A stretch of 64,000 nt of DNA. Origin: Eledone cirrhosa (taxonomy: Eukaryota). A program made the position numbers and the translations under genes. The stretch is taken from positions 389,236,001 to 389,300,000 of the forward strand of contig OZ024740.1 in the NCBI GenBank assembly GCA_964016885.1. Direction: 5' to 3'. The notes under the pieces were generated by a model that saw nothing but the letters and a program-made list of their open reading frames with translations, did not search any database and was not told the DNA's origin. This document shows positions 1-12,927 of the stretch, one piece after another (the first letter of the stretch is position 1; each line of letters starts with the position of its first letter).

Positions 1-57
1 AGGGTAATTTTTTTACTATTACTCTTGTTTCGCTTTGGAAGTGAAATTTATGTTTTC

Positions 58-694
58 GGCACTACCATGCTATTAGCTGTCAGAAGTGAAAGTTTCGTCA
101 ACCTTCTCAATCGTAAACATTGTTTATTTCCGTATTACCACGCATTATTTTAATAAAGCATATCGATGTAAGTGGAGTTACTTAAATGAAAATATAGGTG
201 GCCCTTAAAAGGGCCAAATTAGAAAACAAATTAAGTTAATTAGAAAACAAGTCATGGTTATCAAATAAATTGGATTTAATCATTTATATTTTCATAGTCA
301 TGGTTATCAATGTAGAAAACAAGTAATTTTCACCAACAGTGGAGTTAACTTAAATGAAAATATTGGTGGCCCTTAAAAGGGCCAAATTAGAAAACAAATA
401 TATGGTTATCAAATTTTTTTCACCAACCCTATACATGAAATTGATAACCATGACTATGAAAATATAAATGATTAAATCCAATTTATTTGATAACCATGAC
501 TTGTTTTCTAATTAACTTAAATTTGTTTACTAATTTGGCCCTTTTAAGGGCCACCTATATTTTCATTTAAGTAACTCCACTTACATCGATATGCTTTATT
601 AAAATAACGCGTGGTAATACGGAAATAAATGATGTTTACGATTGAGAAGGTTGACGAAACTTTCACTTCTGACAGCTAATAGCATGGTAGTGCC
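58..694. mobile_element. Long-TIR MITE/fold-back DNA element (GG-terminal, possibly Merlin-like)
   Basis: Arms 58-311 and 441-694 are near-perfect reverse complements (GGCACTACCATGCTATTAG...CTAATAGCATGGTAGTGCC). Flanking 8-mers atgttttc / atgtgttt match 6/8, a possible degenerate TSD. No ORF. Confidence 0.8.
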
Positions 695-873
695 ATGTGT
701 TTTGAACGAATATGTCCTTCGAAACGTCGGAATTTTTTTTTTTTCCTTGTAGTTAGTGGCGGGAGTAGACACTTGGAGTTGACAAGCTTTGAAGGTGAAT
801 ATTACATCCGTCTCGCTTTGGAAGTAAATATTATTGTTGTTGTTGTTTTATTTGTTTTGTTTTGTTATTTTGT

Positions 874-1100
874 ATTTTGAACGAATCTAACTATCAAAAC
901 TGTCGGAAAGTATTCGTTCTTAGTTAACAGAGGGGTATTAAGTGTAACATTTACCTCCAAGCCTTAGAACTCAGAGATTGACACCACCCCACCCCGTTAA
1001 CTAAAAAATGAATAATTTCCGACAATTTTAATGGTCAGATTCGTTCAAAACACATCAAATACAATAGGTAAACAAATTTCACCTCCAAACCGTGTCTGAT
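874..1100. repeat. Older degenerate inverted-repeat element; related sequence hosts the 58-694 MITE
   Basis: 874-935 (tttgaacgaatctaactatcaaaactgtcggaaa...ttagttaac) is an imperfect reverse complement of ~992-1050. The motif tttggaagtgaaattt...atgtgttttgaacgaat recurs at 35-50/695-710 and, reversed, at 1036-1092. Confidence 0.5.
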
Positions 1101-1220
1101 TAACAATAAAAATTTACCAGAAAAAAAGTTGTATGATGAACAAGTTACAGCACGCACACATAAAGATTTTAAAATAAAGCAGAGGACAACTCGTTCGTAA
1201 AACAATTCTTCTTCTCCCGT

Positions 1221-1610
1221 TTGCCAACAAATGTGCAAACCATACTGGCAAATATAGTCGACACCAGTTCTCTGGACCAAATTGCAGCCTCAGCGGACTG
1301 CATAATGGAATTTTCTCGAGTACCTACTTCGGCAGATCCACACATTGCTTCTTCTACTTTTAAAGCACAGCCTATTCCACCTCGTGAGGACTCTATATTG
1401 AGAGCCATTGACGCGCTAACTCGTCAAGTGACTAAACTGTGTCGGGAACGAACACATTCCAGATGGCGTCCACGAAGTCGTTCTACTTCTTTTCATCGTC
1501 GCGCCAAAACCCCCGCCAACAACTCGTCTTTATGTTGGTATCACGTGCGTTTTCGTGAAAAGGCGAATCATTGTATTCAACCCTGCTCTTTCGGGACTTC
1601 GGAAAACTAA
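1221..1610 (+). pseudogene. gag: gag C-terminal fragment with CHCC motif
   Basis: LCWYHVRFREKANHCIQPC is the C-x2-H-x9-C-x3-C gag motif typical of CsRn1-clade Gypsy elements. Confidence 0.85.
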
Positions 1611-4600
1611 ACCTGGAGAATCTGGGCGCGGCAGATCTCTCCACCATTAATTTTCCTTATCGTGCCTTTTTCATAAAAGATCGAATTTCAAACAAATCGT
1701 TTATGGTCGACACAGGATCTAGTTGCAGTATTTGGCCCCTTCGTTTCAGCTGTACCAAGCCAAATTTTTCCGGTATTTCCTTGTATGCAATAAACCAGTC
1801 TCCTATAAAAACTTATGGACAAATATCTCTATCATTGGACCTAGTTTTGCGTCGGGATTTCAAATGGATTTTCGTTGTAGCAGACCTACCCCACCCTATT
1901 CTCGGTGCGGATTTTTTACACCAGTACTCACTGTTAGTAGATGTCAGGAAACAGAAAGTTGTGGATGGCACCACATCTTTATCTACACCTGCTCATAGTT
2001 CTACTGTTGCCACCATAAATCCCGCGTGTTTCATAGCTGCCTCTGGAAACCAGTTTCATTCTCTTCTTGCCTCGTTTCCCGAGTTAACTGACATTTCATT
2101 TAAACCGAACCAAGTAATCCACTCGACTCGACATTTTATTACAACAACTGCTCCGCCTGTTTTTTTCTCAGCCACGTAGGCTGGCTCCAGACAGGCTAAA
2201 AAAGGCCAGGTATGAGTTCGATCACATGCTTCAGCTTGGTCTTATACGACCGTCCACCAGCCCATGGGCATCCCCGCTTCATTTGGCTCGTAAGGATGAA
2301 GCGGATTTTAGACCTGTGGGTGATTATAGACGACTTAACGCTATCACAACACCTGATCGTTATCCTCTACCAAATTTACAGGATTTTTCATCCGCTCTGC
2401 ATGGATGCAAGATATTTTCTAAAATAGATCTGGTACGTGCTTACCATCAAATACCCATGCATCCGGAAGACATACCAAAAACAGCTGTGACCACCCCTTT
2501 TGGTTCGTTTGAATTCCTATCCATGCCTTTTGGTTTGCGGAATGCTTCTAGTACGTACCAGCGTTTAATCGATGAAGTCACGCGTGGATTGGATTTCGTG
2601 TTTGCTTACGTTGATGATCTCCTGATAGCCAGTGATTCGAATGAACACCATCATCAACATCTATCTCAGTTATTTCAACGTCTCCAATCGTACCAAGTCA
2701 GAATCAACCCAGCTAAATGTGTGTTTGGTGCAGATTCACTGGAATTCCTCGGACACCTTATAGATTCAGAAGGCATTCGTCCTTTGCCAGCTAAACTAGA
2801 GGCGATTCAGCAATTAGCACCTCCAACATCCTTGAAACAATTACGCCATTTCTTAGGATTAATTAACTTTTATCGTCGCTTTATTCCTAACTGTGCGGAT
2901 AAGTTATTCCCCTTGACACAGTTTTTAAGGGCTGCAAAAAAGAAAGATGAAAAAATTTCACTTTCTGCCGATGCATTGCAGTCTTTTAAATCTGTAAAGT
3001 CTGAGATAAAGTTTCCTTCCTTGCCCATCCTGTTGCAAATGCGAGACTTTCCTTAACTGTTGATGCATCTGATCGTGCTGTTGGCGCAGTTTTGCATCAT
3101 GTAATCGATCACCAAGTTCAACCATTGGCATTTTTCTCTCGCCAATTAAAACCAGCAGAACAGAGATACAGCACCTTTGACAGAGAACTTTTGGCGATTT
3201 ATCTTGCCGTGAAGCACTTCCACCACCTTTTGGAGGGGCGGGAGTTCACGATATTCACGGACCACAAACCGTTAACGTTCGCTTTACAATCCAAGTCCGA
3301 CAAGTACTCTCCGAGAGCGTATAGGCATCTGGATCTCATCTCACAGTACACCAGTGACATTCGTCATATAGCTGGAACTTCCAACATACCTGCCGACGCA
3401 CTATCTCGACGTTCTGTGTGTCCTCTTGCGTCTCCTGCACATATCGATTTAGTTGCCATTGCAACTGACCAACCTACTTTGGATTCTCTGGACATTTTCT
3501 CTGACCAGTTCTCCTGCTGCAAATTAGAATATTTACCTCTTCCATCTTCTGAAGGGAAAATTCTCTGCGATGTTTCTACTGGCTCACCCAGACCACTTGT
3601 TCCAGATTGTCATCAGCGTACCGTTTTTGATGCACTTCATTCCTTGTCACATCCTTGCATAGCTGCCACGGTGAAGCTTATTACGGCCCGATTCTTCTGG
3701 CCTAATATGCGCCGTTTAATCACCAGTTGGGCACGCTCTTGCTTGAAGTGTCAGCGCTCTAAGATTCATCGGCATGTCCGCGCTCCTCTTCGGAATTCCA
3801 GCCCGCCAGACGCACGTTTCCGTCATATACACATGGATATTGTTGGTCCATGGCCCGTTAGTCGTGGATTCACATACATATTTACTTGTATCGATTGTTT
3901 CTCTCGGTGGCCTGAAGCCATACCCCTCATGGACATAACAGCAGAGTCCGTTGCCAGAGCTTTCATTTCCAATTGGATTGCTCGTTTCGGTGTTCCTACT
4001 AAAATAACTACGGATCGTGAACGCCAATTTGAAGCTTCCTTATTTCGTGAAATATCACGAGTCTTGGGTGTTCATCACATCCATACGACCAGCTATCACC
4101 CAGCCTCCAATGGAATGATCGAGAGGTTTCATAGACAGTTGAAAGCTGCACTTCGCGCTACTCCTGATCCACAACGATGGACTGAATTTTTGCCTATCGT
4201 GCTTCTTGGTAGTCGTGCTGCCATTAAGACAGATTTAGGTTTTTCTTCTGCTGAACTTCTTTATGGTACCACATTGTCTCTTCCTGGACAAATGTTAGCA
4301 CCAGTGGATTCATCACATCTTGACCCAGCATCATATGTCACCGGGATTCGTTCGTATTTCTTCTGCTGTCCCATCGGACATCTCTACGTGGACACACATT
4401 TTCATACGGAATGATTCTGTCAAGGAACCTCTTACGTCACCTTATAATGGACCTTTTCGTGTGCCTTCGCACACACCCAAACATTTCACAGTGGCTGTCA
4501 ATGGCCGAGAAGAGACAATATCCATTGACAGAGCAAAAAAGGCTTTCTCCGAAAGTCTCATCACACTGCCTGATACACCTCGTACATACACTCCCCAACC

Positions 4601-4676
4601 AACACTTTCACCTCCACCGCAAACACCACATACCACACAACCTTATGTCACACGAGGTGGCAGGACGGTAAAATGA
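1571..4676 (+). pseudogene. pol: pol polyprotein (PR, RT, RNase H, integrase), three frameshift/deletion lesions
   Basis: Protease VDTGSS; [26 protein letters not shown]; RNase H RYSTFDRELLAIY, TDHKPL, ADALSR; integrase HSLSH..C..C zinc finger plus D,D,E (MDIVGP, TTDRE, IERFH); GPF motif. Frame breaks near 2170, 3010 and 4360. Confidence 0.93.
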
Positions 4677-5049
4677 CCACGAAAACTCTCAAAAACAATA
4701 TACATTTAAACCCCAGTGGCATTAACATACCTCTTCTCTTTTTCAGTTTTCAGATAGAACTAGTGTCAGAAAAGTCTGTACACTAGTGATGTATGAACTA
4801 TTTGACTTTGAAAAACATTGATTTTACCATTGAACATCAATATTCTCTGCTCCTTTGTATGACTATGATTTAGCATTCGTTACATTCAAACATTCTTTTT
4901 AAAAATGCATTACTTGTTTTATGCTCATTTTGCTATTTGCTTGCTCATGTTTTATTCATTCATGTTCTTGTACCTTTTGTTTTGCTCCTCATGTTCTCGC
5001 TACAATGATTTCATTTGGTCATTCGACTTCTCGTCTGAGAGGGGAGTCT

Positions 5050-5305
5050 TGTAGCGCTCTCTAGACAGGGAAGTAGCTAGAGTTACTTCCCGTCGGAAGT
5101 CTAGAACCCTCTTTGAAACTTCCGGAAAGAGGATATAAATAGCGGCAACGCAGCCAAGCTCTCTCTCTCTTTTGGCGCCTTCCTTCGAACCGACAACACT
5201 GAAGACAAACATGTTAATTTTTCTCTGACTACCTATCATGGATCTGGACTATACCTAATTGTGTACGAGAATATTTGTGTACAACAATTATAACATGGAG
5301 CTACA
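5050..5305 (+). repeat. 3' LTR (~256 bp)
   Basis: Follows PPT gagaggggag. Termini TGTAGC...GCTACA. TATAAATA at 5134-5141. Confidence 0.85.
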
Positions 5306-5570
5306 ATAAAAATGAAGACTTATATTCGGTATGGTGTTTTGTAAAATATCTTATCCTTTTCTGTATAAAATTTAGTAGTTAGATTCCGGTGACATTTACT
5401 CGAGTAAATAACCCTGGGTCTGGCAGAACACTAAATATTCATTTATTATAGCTAAGCCTTGTTGCTCTGGTGTCTCACCTGTGTACTCACCAGACAAGAC
5501 TGGCGATCCTGTGAGTGCGCAGGTGAAATTTTAGAACAACAAAGCTCAACAATAACCATAATAAATGAAT

Positions 5571-5572
<2 letters not shown>

Positions 5573-5651
<79 letters not shown>
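5573..5651. repeat. (TA)n microsatellite
   Basis: Direct reading. Confidence 0.99.
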
Positions 5652-5653
<2 letters not shown>

Positions 5654-5719
5654 AGATGGATAAATTGGATATAATACCAAATGCGAAAAAGCTCGATTTA
5701 AAAAAAAATTATATATATG

Positions 5720-5943
5720 CAGTGGTGGTGGAACTGGTAGGGGCAATAATTATATTCTCTCCCCAAACTACCAAAACACACATCTATTTGGATATGCGCT
5801 ACAATTATGTATATGTTATGTTTATCGTGTATCGAAGTTTTCTTACCATTTTAAAGTGCAACGAGCTAAACTAATCACTACAATTAAATTGTCCAAATTT
5901 GCCCGCCCCCACCCCCAATTCAGAAATACTTCCCCCGCCCCTG
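5720..5943. mobile_element. Possible old hAT-type MITE
   Basis: Imperfect TIRs cagtggtggtggaac / cttcccccgcccctg; no clear TSD. Confidence 0.3.
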
Positions 5944-6120
5944 TCTCTGGTTAATTGTTAATAATAGATAAGTAGTCAGTACTATATGTAGCTAGTATGA
6001 TCACCTTGGACCTAAATGAACACAAAGAATTCATTTGTCACATGAGAGGTACAGTATTTATGTAGCAGTAGGTGTATATGTGTGAGAGATGAAACTGAAA
6101 AATAGTTAACAATCTATCTA

Positions 6121-7093
6121 TCTATATATTACTAAAATTCTGTGATTGCTTGCTTGATTGTCTGTAATGCAGCTAAAAGGGCGCATAATGGGAAAATACT
6201 TTGAAAGGAAGTTGACGCTAAAATGGGAATACAAATGGAATAAAACAAGTTTTGCGTAAATCGGAGCCCGGGTTCCCGAGATATGGGTTTTTCCGGGTAC
6301 TTTCATAAACAGAGAGAGTGAGAGAAAGATAGAGAGAAAAAGATAATGGTTGTGAGAGAGTAGATTGAAAGAGAGTGAGAGCTGGTGGTATTGTTGTGTA
6401 TATATATTGTTGTATATATATATACACTAGCATTAAAGCCCGGCGTTGCTCGGGGTCAGTAAGTTACCAAAGTTAGGTTGCACCACCCATTTTATGGCAG
6501 CACTTTTTTGTCTGCCAGGCACTGGGTGAATGAATTGCAGACCTGGACTGCCGAAGCAGGAGCTGCGCCAGCAGTGACAATTGTAGTTTCGTCTATGGAT
6601 ATTATCTCTGTGCAAAGAAGTGTTGAAATTTATTGTTTCGCAGTACTTGCGCAACAGGCGCATAAACGATGCCAGCCGAACAACAGAGCTGCGATGGAGT
6701 TGTTCTGCATGACATGTTTTAACGGTGGGGGGCGGAATGAGGAAACCGGAAACAGGGGCCTGAAAACATTGTCGAATTATGAGAACCAAAAAAGAGGAAG
6801 AGGGGTCATTGTATGGTTGGTGCATCATGTACGTCGGACGTAGAAGATGAGCTTGCTGCTGTGCCGACGGAGGGAGGGAAATAGAGCTGAGCGGAGGCCA
6901 GGTGTCGGTTTCTTCCACGTTCGTTAAGAGATGTTTTAAAAAAAAATTTTCGCTATTTTTTTTGTTGTTGAATAAATTTATCTGTTGCTTTTGAATAATT
7001 GTTGTTTGGTATGAAATGTAATAAGTTCTTTTCGTTGTTAGTTTCTTTCTTTGTTTCTCCTCCTTCCGCGTTCCTAACACACTCAAAAACAAA

Positions 7094-7168
<75 letters not shown>

Positions 7169-7279
7169 TCGCTCACTTCTTTTTTTTTTCTCTCTCTCCT
7201 CCACTTTCCGTGTTCCTAACACCCAAAAACAAATGTTCTCTCTCTCTGTCTCTCACTCTCTCACTCACTTCGCTCACTT

Positions 7280-7346
<67 letters not shown>

Positions 7347-7985
7347 TTCATTTCTTTCTCTCTTCTTTCTTCCGCGTTCCTAAAGGAAGTTTGTAAGGAA
7401 GGGGTTTAAGCGTATATAAGAGAAAGTTGCAGCATGTATGTAGTTTTATCGATTTTTAAGGGGAGTAGAGAGAGGTATTCAGATTGTATTAGAGGGGTAA
7501 AGCGTCATGTATTTAGTTTTATCGATTATTTCCGTAATTGGGGGTGAGTTGGAAATAATTAAATAGTCGTTGACTGAAGTTAGACCATTTACAACATTCT
7601 TACAGACTGAGTCAAATCGGTTTGAAATTGTGCAAATGTATAAACATGGAACATGCACACACACACACACAACAATCTGCCTTTTATAGATAATGATGAT
7701 GATGATATATATGAGTGTGTGTATATATATGTGTGTCTATGACCAGTGTATATAGATCACAGACACCCATATATATATATACACACACATAGATATATAT
7801 GTATACACACGCACATATTTATATATATACATACACACACGTATATATATGGGCCTTCCAGTTTTATTGCACATTATATACATATCTGTGTATATTTTAA
7901 TTATTTAAAAATTATTTTTAAGTGAACATGATTTTTTTTTTATATTTTGAAGTGAACGTAACCCAACAGATCACGGGTGGTCTAG
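6121..7985 (+). mobile_element. Non-autonomous Helitron family A, interrupted by Helitron B
   Basis: 5' a|TCTATATATTACTAAA; 3' hairpin (acgtaacccaacagatcacgg) followed by CTAG. Both halves match the reverse-strand copies at 14391-15320. Confidence 0.8.
6427..7690 (-). mobile_element. Non-autonomous Helitron family B nested in Helitron A
   Basis: Minus strand: A|TCTATAAAAGGCAG ... cccgagcaacgccggg hairpin ... CTAG|T. Inserted at an A|T junction with no TSD. Internal (CT)n tracts. Confidence 0.85.
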
Positions 7986-8996
7986 CTTTAAGAACTAAAC
8001 AATTTTAGCACAAAAAAATCAATGAAACAGTTGATAAAATAAATTGAACATACAATGTGTGTCATTGAAAAATAACAAAGCAAAACTAGGACGAGGTTTT
8101 AGAACTATATATAAGATTGTACCCAAAGGTAAGTCCTTCATGGATATGTCATGATACTGAACTACTAGAAAGAAATAGCTTTAACTTAAGTTAGGTTGTC
8201 ACACATTTATGAATATTACACATATTGAAGGGAGCCAATTACCATAGACAGTAGTGAAAAATATAATTTTCAATTTAAAATGTCTATTTTAGTTGATGAA
8301 TACACTATTATTAATGGTAAAACAGTTCTAGTAGCTTGCTTGAGAGTAACAGGGATTTAGAACATTAAAAACTCAGATAAAATCTATACATGATGAGCTT
8401 CTAGGTTGTTTACAAAAAGGTGGTTTTTCAGTGCAATACCTAAAAGAAAGTGTGACAGGATCTGTATGAAATCGCCAACGCTCTGCTGCACTCGTCTTAG
8501 AAATAACGTTGATTGTTGTTTTTAGCCCAATGTGGACCTTAATTGAACAGGTCTACTATTAAAATTGTTCTATATTACCCTTTTTTTTTAGGTAAATGTT
8601 AATATATGCAAGTCAGCGACCACACCGAGGCTACTTTGTTGGCTTGTAAACATATATAGACAGCAGAAGAACTATGTAATTGGCATGTGTTTTATTAGCA
8701 AAAATATTTTATAGACGTGGACTTTCTCTGAATATGCTACAGAGGTATCTCAAAGAATCAACGTGTTAAGAGACGCCGTATTGAGAGTAAGTTAAACAAA
8801 CAAAGCCGACTTTAGTTGAATTTCTTTCTTCTTGTTTTTTTTTCTGCGGGAAATAGGGCAATGGGTTTAAAAAAACCGATGAACTAATTCAGATTAATTA
8901 AAGAAAATAACATATGAATAAGGATTTAATATCTGCTGACCTTGTGTAAACAGCCGCAAAAATTATATGAGTATCTTTTTGTTTATGTACCGACAC

Positions 8997-9030
<34 letters not shown>

Positions 9031-9037
<7 letters not shown>

Positions 9038-9337
9038 GATGAGGTATCCGTTTACATGCATTAGATTTTTATTGTGCATTGAACTGTTACGCGCGTTTCA
9101 CAGAGGACTGGTTCAGGGTCACCCATAGGAGTTATGGACCCGACTCCGTTATCGATTTGTAAACAGTAACTATATTTTTTGTCGCATCGCCAGTCCGAAG
9201 AACAGATCGATAATAGAGTAGGGTCCATAACTTTTATGGGTGACCCTGAGCCAATCATCTGCGAAACGCGCGTAACAAGTCGATGCACAATAAAAATCTA
9301 AAACATGTAAACGAAACTTCATGGGTTTTTTTAATAT
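9031..9337 (+). mobile_element. Fold-back mini-element with hammerhead ribozyme next to (TA)n
   Basis: Arms ~9031-9160 and ~9203-9337 are diverged reverse complements; the right side carries a complete hammerhead-like fold. Confidence 0.75.
9178..9290 (+). ncRNA. Type I hammerhead ribozyme, degenerate (U4>C)
   Basis: Stem I ttgtcgcatcg..gt / ac..cgatgcacaa; core CCGAAGA (9195-9201); long stem II acagat...atctgc; GAAA-C-GCGC-GTA. Confidence 0.65.
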
Positions 9338-9405
9338 ATACGTTCTGTCTGTGCATAGAGTGCTTGTTTTGGTACCATCACCAGTAATTTACTGAACCAC
9401 CTACA

Positions 9406-9509
<104 letters not shown>

Positions 9510-10429
9510 AGGGGTGTAACGGTGAATGTTTGTGCTTACAAACAAAGAAAAAATATTCAATGTATAAAGAATGTGAGAAGTTGCGGATTTTTAAATCATA
9601 ATAAATTCCACGTTGCCGATTGTTCAAGCGAATAACTTAGGGGAACAGCATGGTAATACATATTAACAAACATATGTGTAAACATATTGAACTCTGACCT
9701 GCCATCGATATTTGATTAGTTACCGAAAAAACATTAAATGCGCCAACCATTTCATCTATCTATTCAGCGGAGTACTAGATATGTTTTTCTATTCACAAGC
9801 AAAAAGCATGTAATATTTCCATGTCTAACACGCAGTTTAAGACATTGTAAAAGGTTAGAAGCAATTAAAGGCTAGTTAGACATGGTGAGTCAGGAGATAC
9901 TGTCGTCATTGCTTGAAAGATGTAACTAACGAGTTTATTTTTAAAGTTATGATGTGTTTTAATGTATCTGATGTCTCTGATGTGTAGGTGTTTATAGAGG
10001 ATTAAGCTCTCAAAGGCATTTGTATAGTCTTTTGGACTTCCCGATTCAAGAAAAAAGTGTGCACAACTAATAGGAAAACATTGTTGTGACATGTGGAAAC
10101 AGAAAATAAGTGGATAGTTTCATTGGGGTAGGAATGTAGTTGAAATAAATGTTTCTACTTTAGGCACAAGGCCAGCAAATTACCCAGTGCATTACTTGAA
10201 ATTATACCAAGAAGTTTATTGAAGAAGATAAAGAGGACAGATAGCGGAGAGATGGCTGAACTCTGAGTTGCGGTCGAATAGAACTCTCGGGCTATGAAGG
10301 AACGAGATTTAAAAAAGGTTTCGATCAAATTGTTTATTTGTGTAAGGAACGCATTCAGCTTATAGTTTGCCTTTCAGAGTTTGATTAACAAGAAATCATC
10401 GTCATGTGAGATTTATGTTAATGGGTGTT

Positions 10430-10620
10430 AGTGTTGTTTAGTTTCGTATAAACTATGATTATATATGATGTTCCAACCGTAACGATTTCATCATTGTCTC
10501 TTTTTCAGAAAATACATTATCCAATGCATCGTCCTTTCTTATTTAAAGTGGTAGGTATGTGATTGCTGGGGTAGAGTTATCTGCTACTTCTAGTGAGTCT
10601 AACTACCACCTAGAGGCTTA
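10430..10620 (+). repeat. Old interspersed repeat family (related copies ~8515-8575 and ~11355-11520)
   Basis: Shared blocks gttgtttag.., agacc..tgatcaaaggcgttcca.ccgtaacc, gtgattt..gggagat.t..t.ctatttctag. Confidence 0.4.
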
Positions 10621-10774
10621 AATATTGTAGAACATTTAAATTGCTGTAGAGATGTTAGTTATATGAAACCTCTTGGCCAATAGATAGTTTTTCTTGGGCA
10701 TGTTTCTATAGTAATAGTTGATCTGCAAGTCAACCCTGATTAAGCATGTGGCGCATTTGTGGACTATTCGTGCG

Positions 10775-10905
10775 TGATTTGGCTAAATCAGGCCAATCGT
10801 GAGGCGCGCACGGATATATATTTCCAACTTCCGCCTAAACAGAGATTTTTCCCGCTTTCTTTCTATATACTGCCTCTTGCAGCTTTTATCATGGAAAGGT
10901 AAACA
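10775..10905 (+). promoter_or_regulatory. Possible Pol II promoter and short first exon
   Basis: CpG-rich patch; CCAAT at 10793; TATATA at 10815; CTTCCG at 10828; ATG at 10891 followed by AG|GTAAAC. Motif evidence only. Confidence 0.25.
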
Positions 10906-12724
10906 CCATTTTTCTTTTGCCGTTCGATCACTAGCCAATATGTAATGATAACAACATAACTACGGCCTGGCCAGCACCTCAGCCAGTCGACCGTACCTTC
11001 TAAACTCTTTATTTGTTTATTCCTTTGTTTGGCATGCCAGCTCAACCTTTGTAATCATTTTGTAAATAAAATATGTAAAAACATTGTAAATTCTTGTGAT
11101 GCTATTTACCACAGCCATAGCCTTTAAATGTGATATGGAAATATCCTTTCTAGAGTTATTATCACTGCAGCAACAGAACCTGGGACTTACAGCCGAACCT
11201 CAATTCAACTTACATTTATTGATATAACCAAACCATATTTCCTGATACACATGGCATAATATTATTTAACATCTAAACTGGTGACTATTAATTAAATTGC
11301 TATATTGGTGACCCCTGTTTATACAAATATAATTATCATTATTAATTCTCTGCTAAAAGCAGACCTGTGATCAAAGGCGTTGCAACCGTAACCATTACGT
11401 CTTTTAGTAATTGAGGTCAATATTATCCAATGTGTGTTTTTCTTTAAGGCATCAGCGTTTGTGATTTGAGGGAGATCTAATATTATTTCTAGCATATCGA
11501 ACGACCCTATACAACTCTCCCTTGAAGTAAGCAGCGTTTCTCAACCTTTTTGTCCCGCATCACTCTTTGATTTTCTAAAATAAAAAAAACATGCTTTCTG
11601 CCATGATCGAAGTTAGCATATTGCTAAAAGGCTATTCATTCTTTTGGAGAGGCACAACGAGCCAAAAGTAGGATGATGGTGGGGGGCTTGTTTTCCACTG
11701 GTTATAATGCTAATCAGCAATACAGTTAATAAGTTGCTATATATATTTTTTTTTTCATCAAAATGAATACGTGAATAAGTGGAATATGTGATTTAGTACA
11801 AAATGCATGAGGACAAATTTTCCTTTGTTGTCACGTGTTTCAACCCCCTCCCACGATATATTGCATCGTATGTATTCTGAAATACCACGTCCCACCTTTA
11901 TGGGGAAAGTAGAAAGGAAAATTCCTGAATGCTGTGGCTGGGCAATGGCAATTGGCTAGATATTGGTGTGTGTGTATGAAGATTAGCGGCATGCTAGTGG
12001 GGGTGAGTAAAAGTGTGGTATGTCCCCTTTTTAGACAGGTAAGAATTAAGAGGTCATTCACTGCACATATGCAAATGAAGACTGTTTTGTCTGTTAGCAT
12101 AACTAAATGTATGTATTCATATAAGAATGTGTTTTTTTTACCTGTTTCTCGGTAACCTTGTTTCTCCGCTATCAGAAAGTTTATAATCAGCATTGAGTAT
12201 GTTGTCCCCCTTATCGATAATAGTATTTCAAGTAAACTATATAATTACACGCATTAAGCCTAACCCAGGTGGCTTGTAAGTGTATTTAGAGAACATCAAG
12301 TACGCTCTCTGTATTATTGATAGTGGTTAAGTTTGTTTTTTATGTCGACCTGTCTGAAATACTTTCAGTTGAACAATTGATTATTTCTCTGGTGACAATA
12401 ACTAGTACGTCAATATCATTAGATTCAGTTGATGGAACATAGAAATCTTAACCACTATTTTACATCAGACACATACACTAAAACATTTTAATTCCTTTCA
12501 ACTTTTTCTGAGAAACCAGTCTCTGTAGTTCCAACTCTGAGGCGCCGTCCGCTTTTTAAAAAAATAGTCAAGTTAGTATTGACCTATTTAAAAGAGTGAG
12601 TAATAAAAATCGGACTAAAAATAATTGTGAAGAATATAATATTAGTGATTGATTGATATTGTTTTATTTCAACATGTACTCAAGACAACTCTGGATATGC
12701 TTCAGTTTTATCATGACCGCACCT

Positions 12725-12915
12725 AGGGTGGTGGATTGGCAGTATAGAGTTACGGCCCTTTACGTTCTGAGTTCCAATCCCGCCAGGCTTTGCTTTGCCT
12801 TTCATCCTTACGGAGTCGATAAAATAAAGTACCAGCAATGCACTGGGGTCGATTTAATCGACTTTCGTCTCCCCTTCAAACTGCTGGCCTTGTACCTAAA
12901 GTAGAAACAATTATG
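12725..12915 (+). mobile_element. tRNA-derived SINE
   Basis: B-box-like gagttccaatcc; central domain gcctttcatccttacggagtcgataaaataaagtacca; 3' ggccttgtacctaaagtagaaacaattat. Repeated several times in this window. Confidence 0.8.
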
Positions 12916-12927
12916 ACTGCACCTAAG

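Larger units (their letters stand above)
1200..5305 (+). mobile_element. Ty3/Gypsy LTR retrotransposon, CsRn1-like, 5'-truncated and decayed
   Basis: Domain order gag-PR-RT-RNaseH-IN, then polypurine tract and 3' LTR. The 5' LTR and gag N-terminus are absent. Confidence 0.93.

Noticed and set aside
300-445. Histone gene remnant beside the stem-loops
   Set aside because: No recognisable histone reading frame on either strand.
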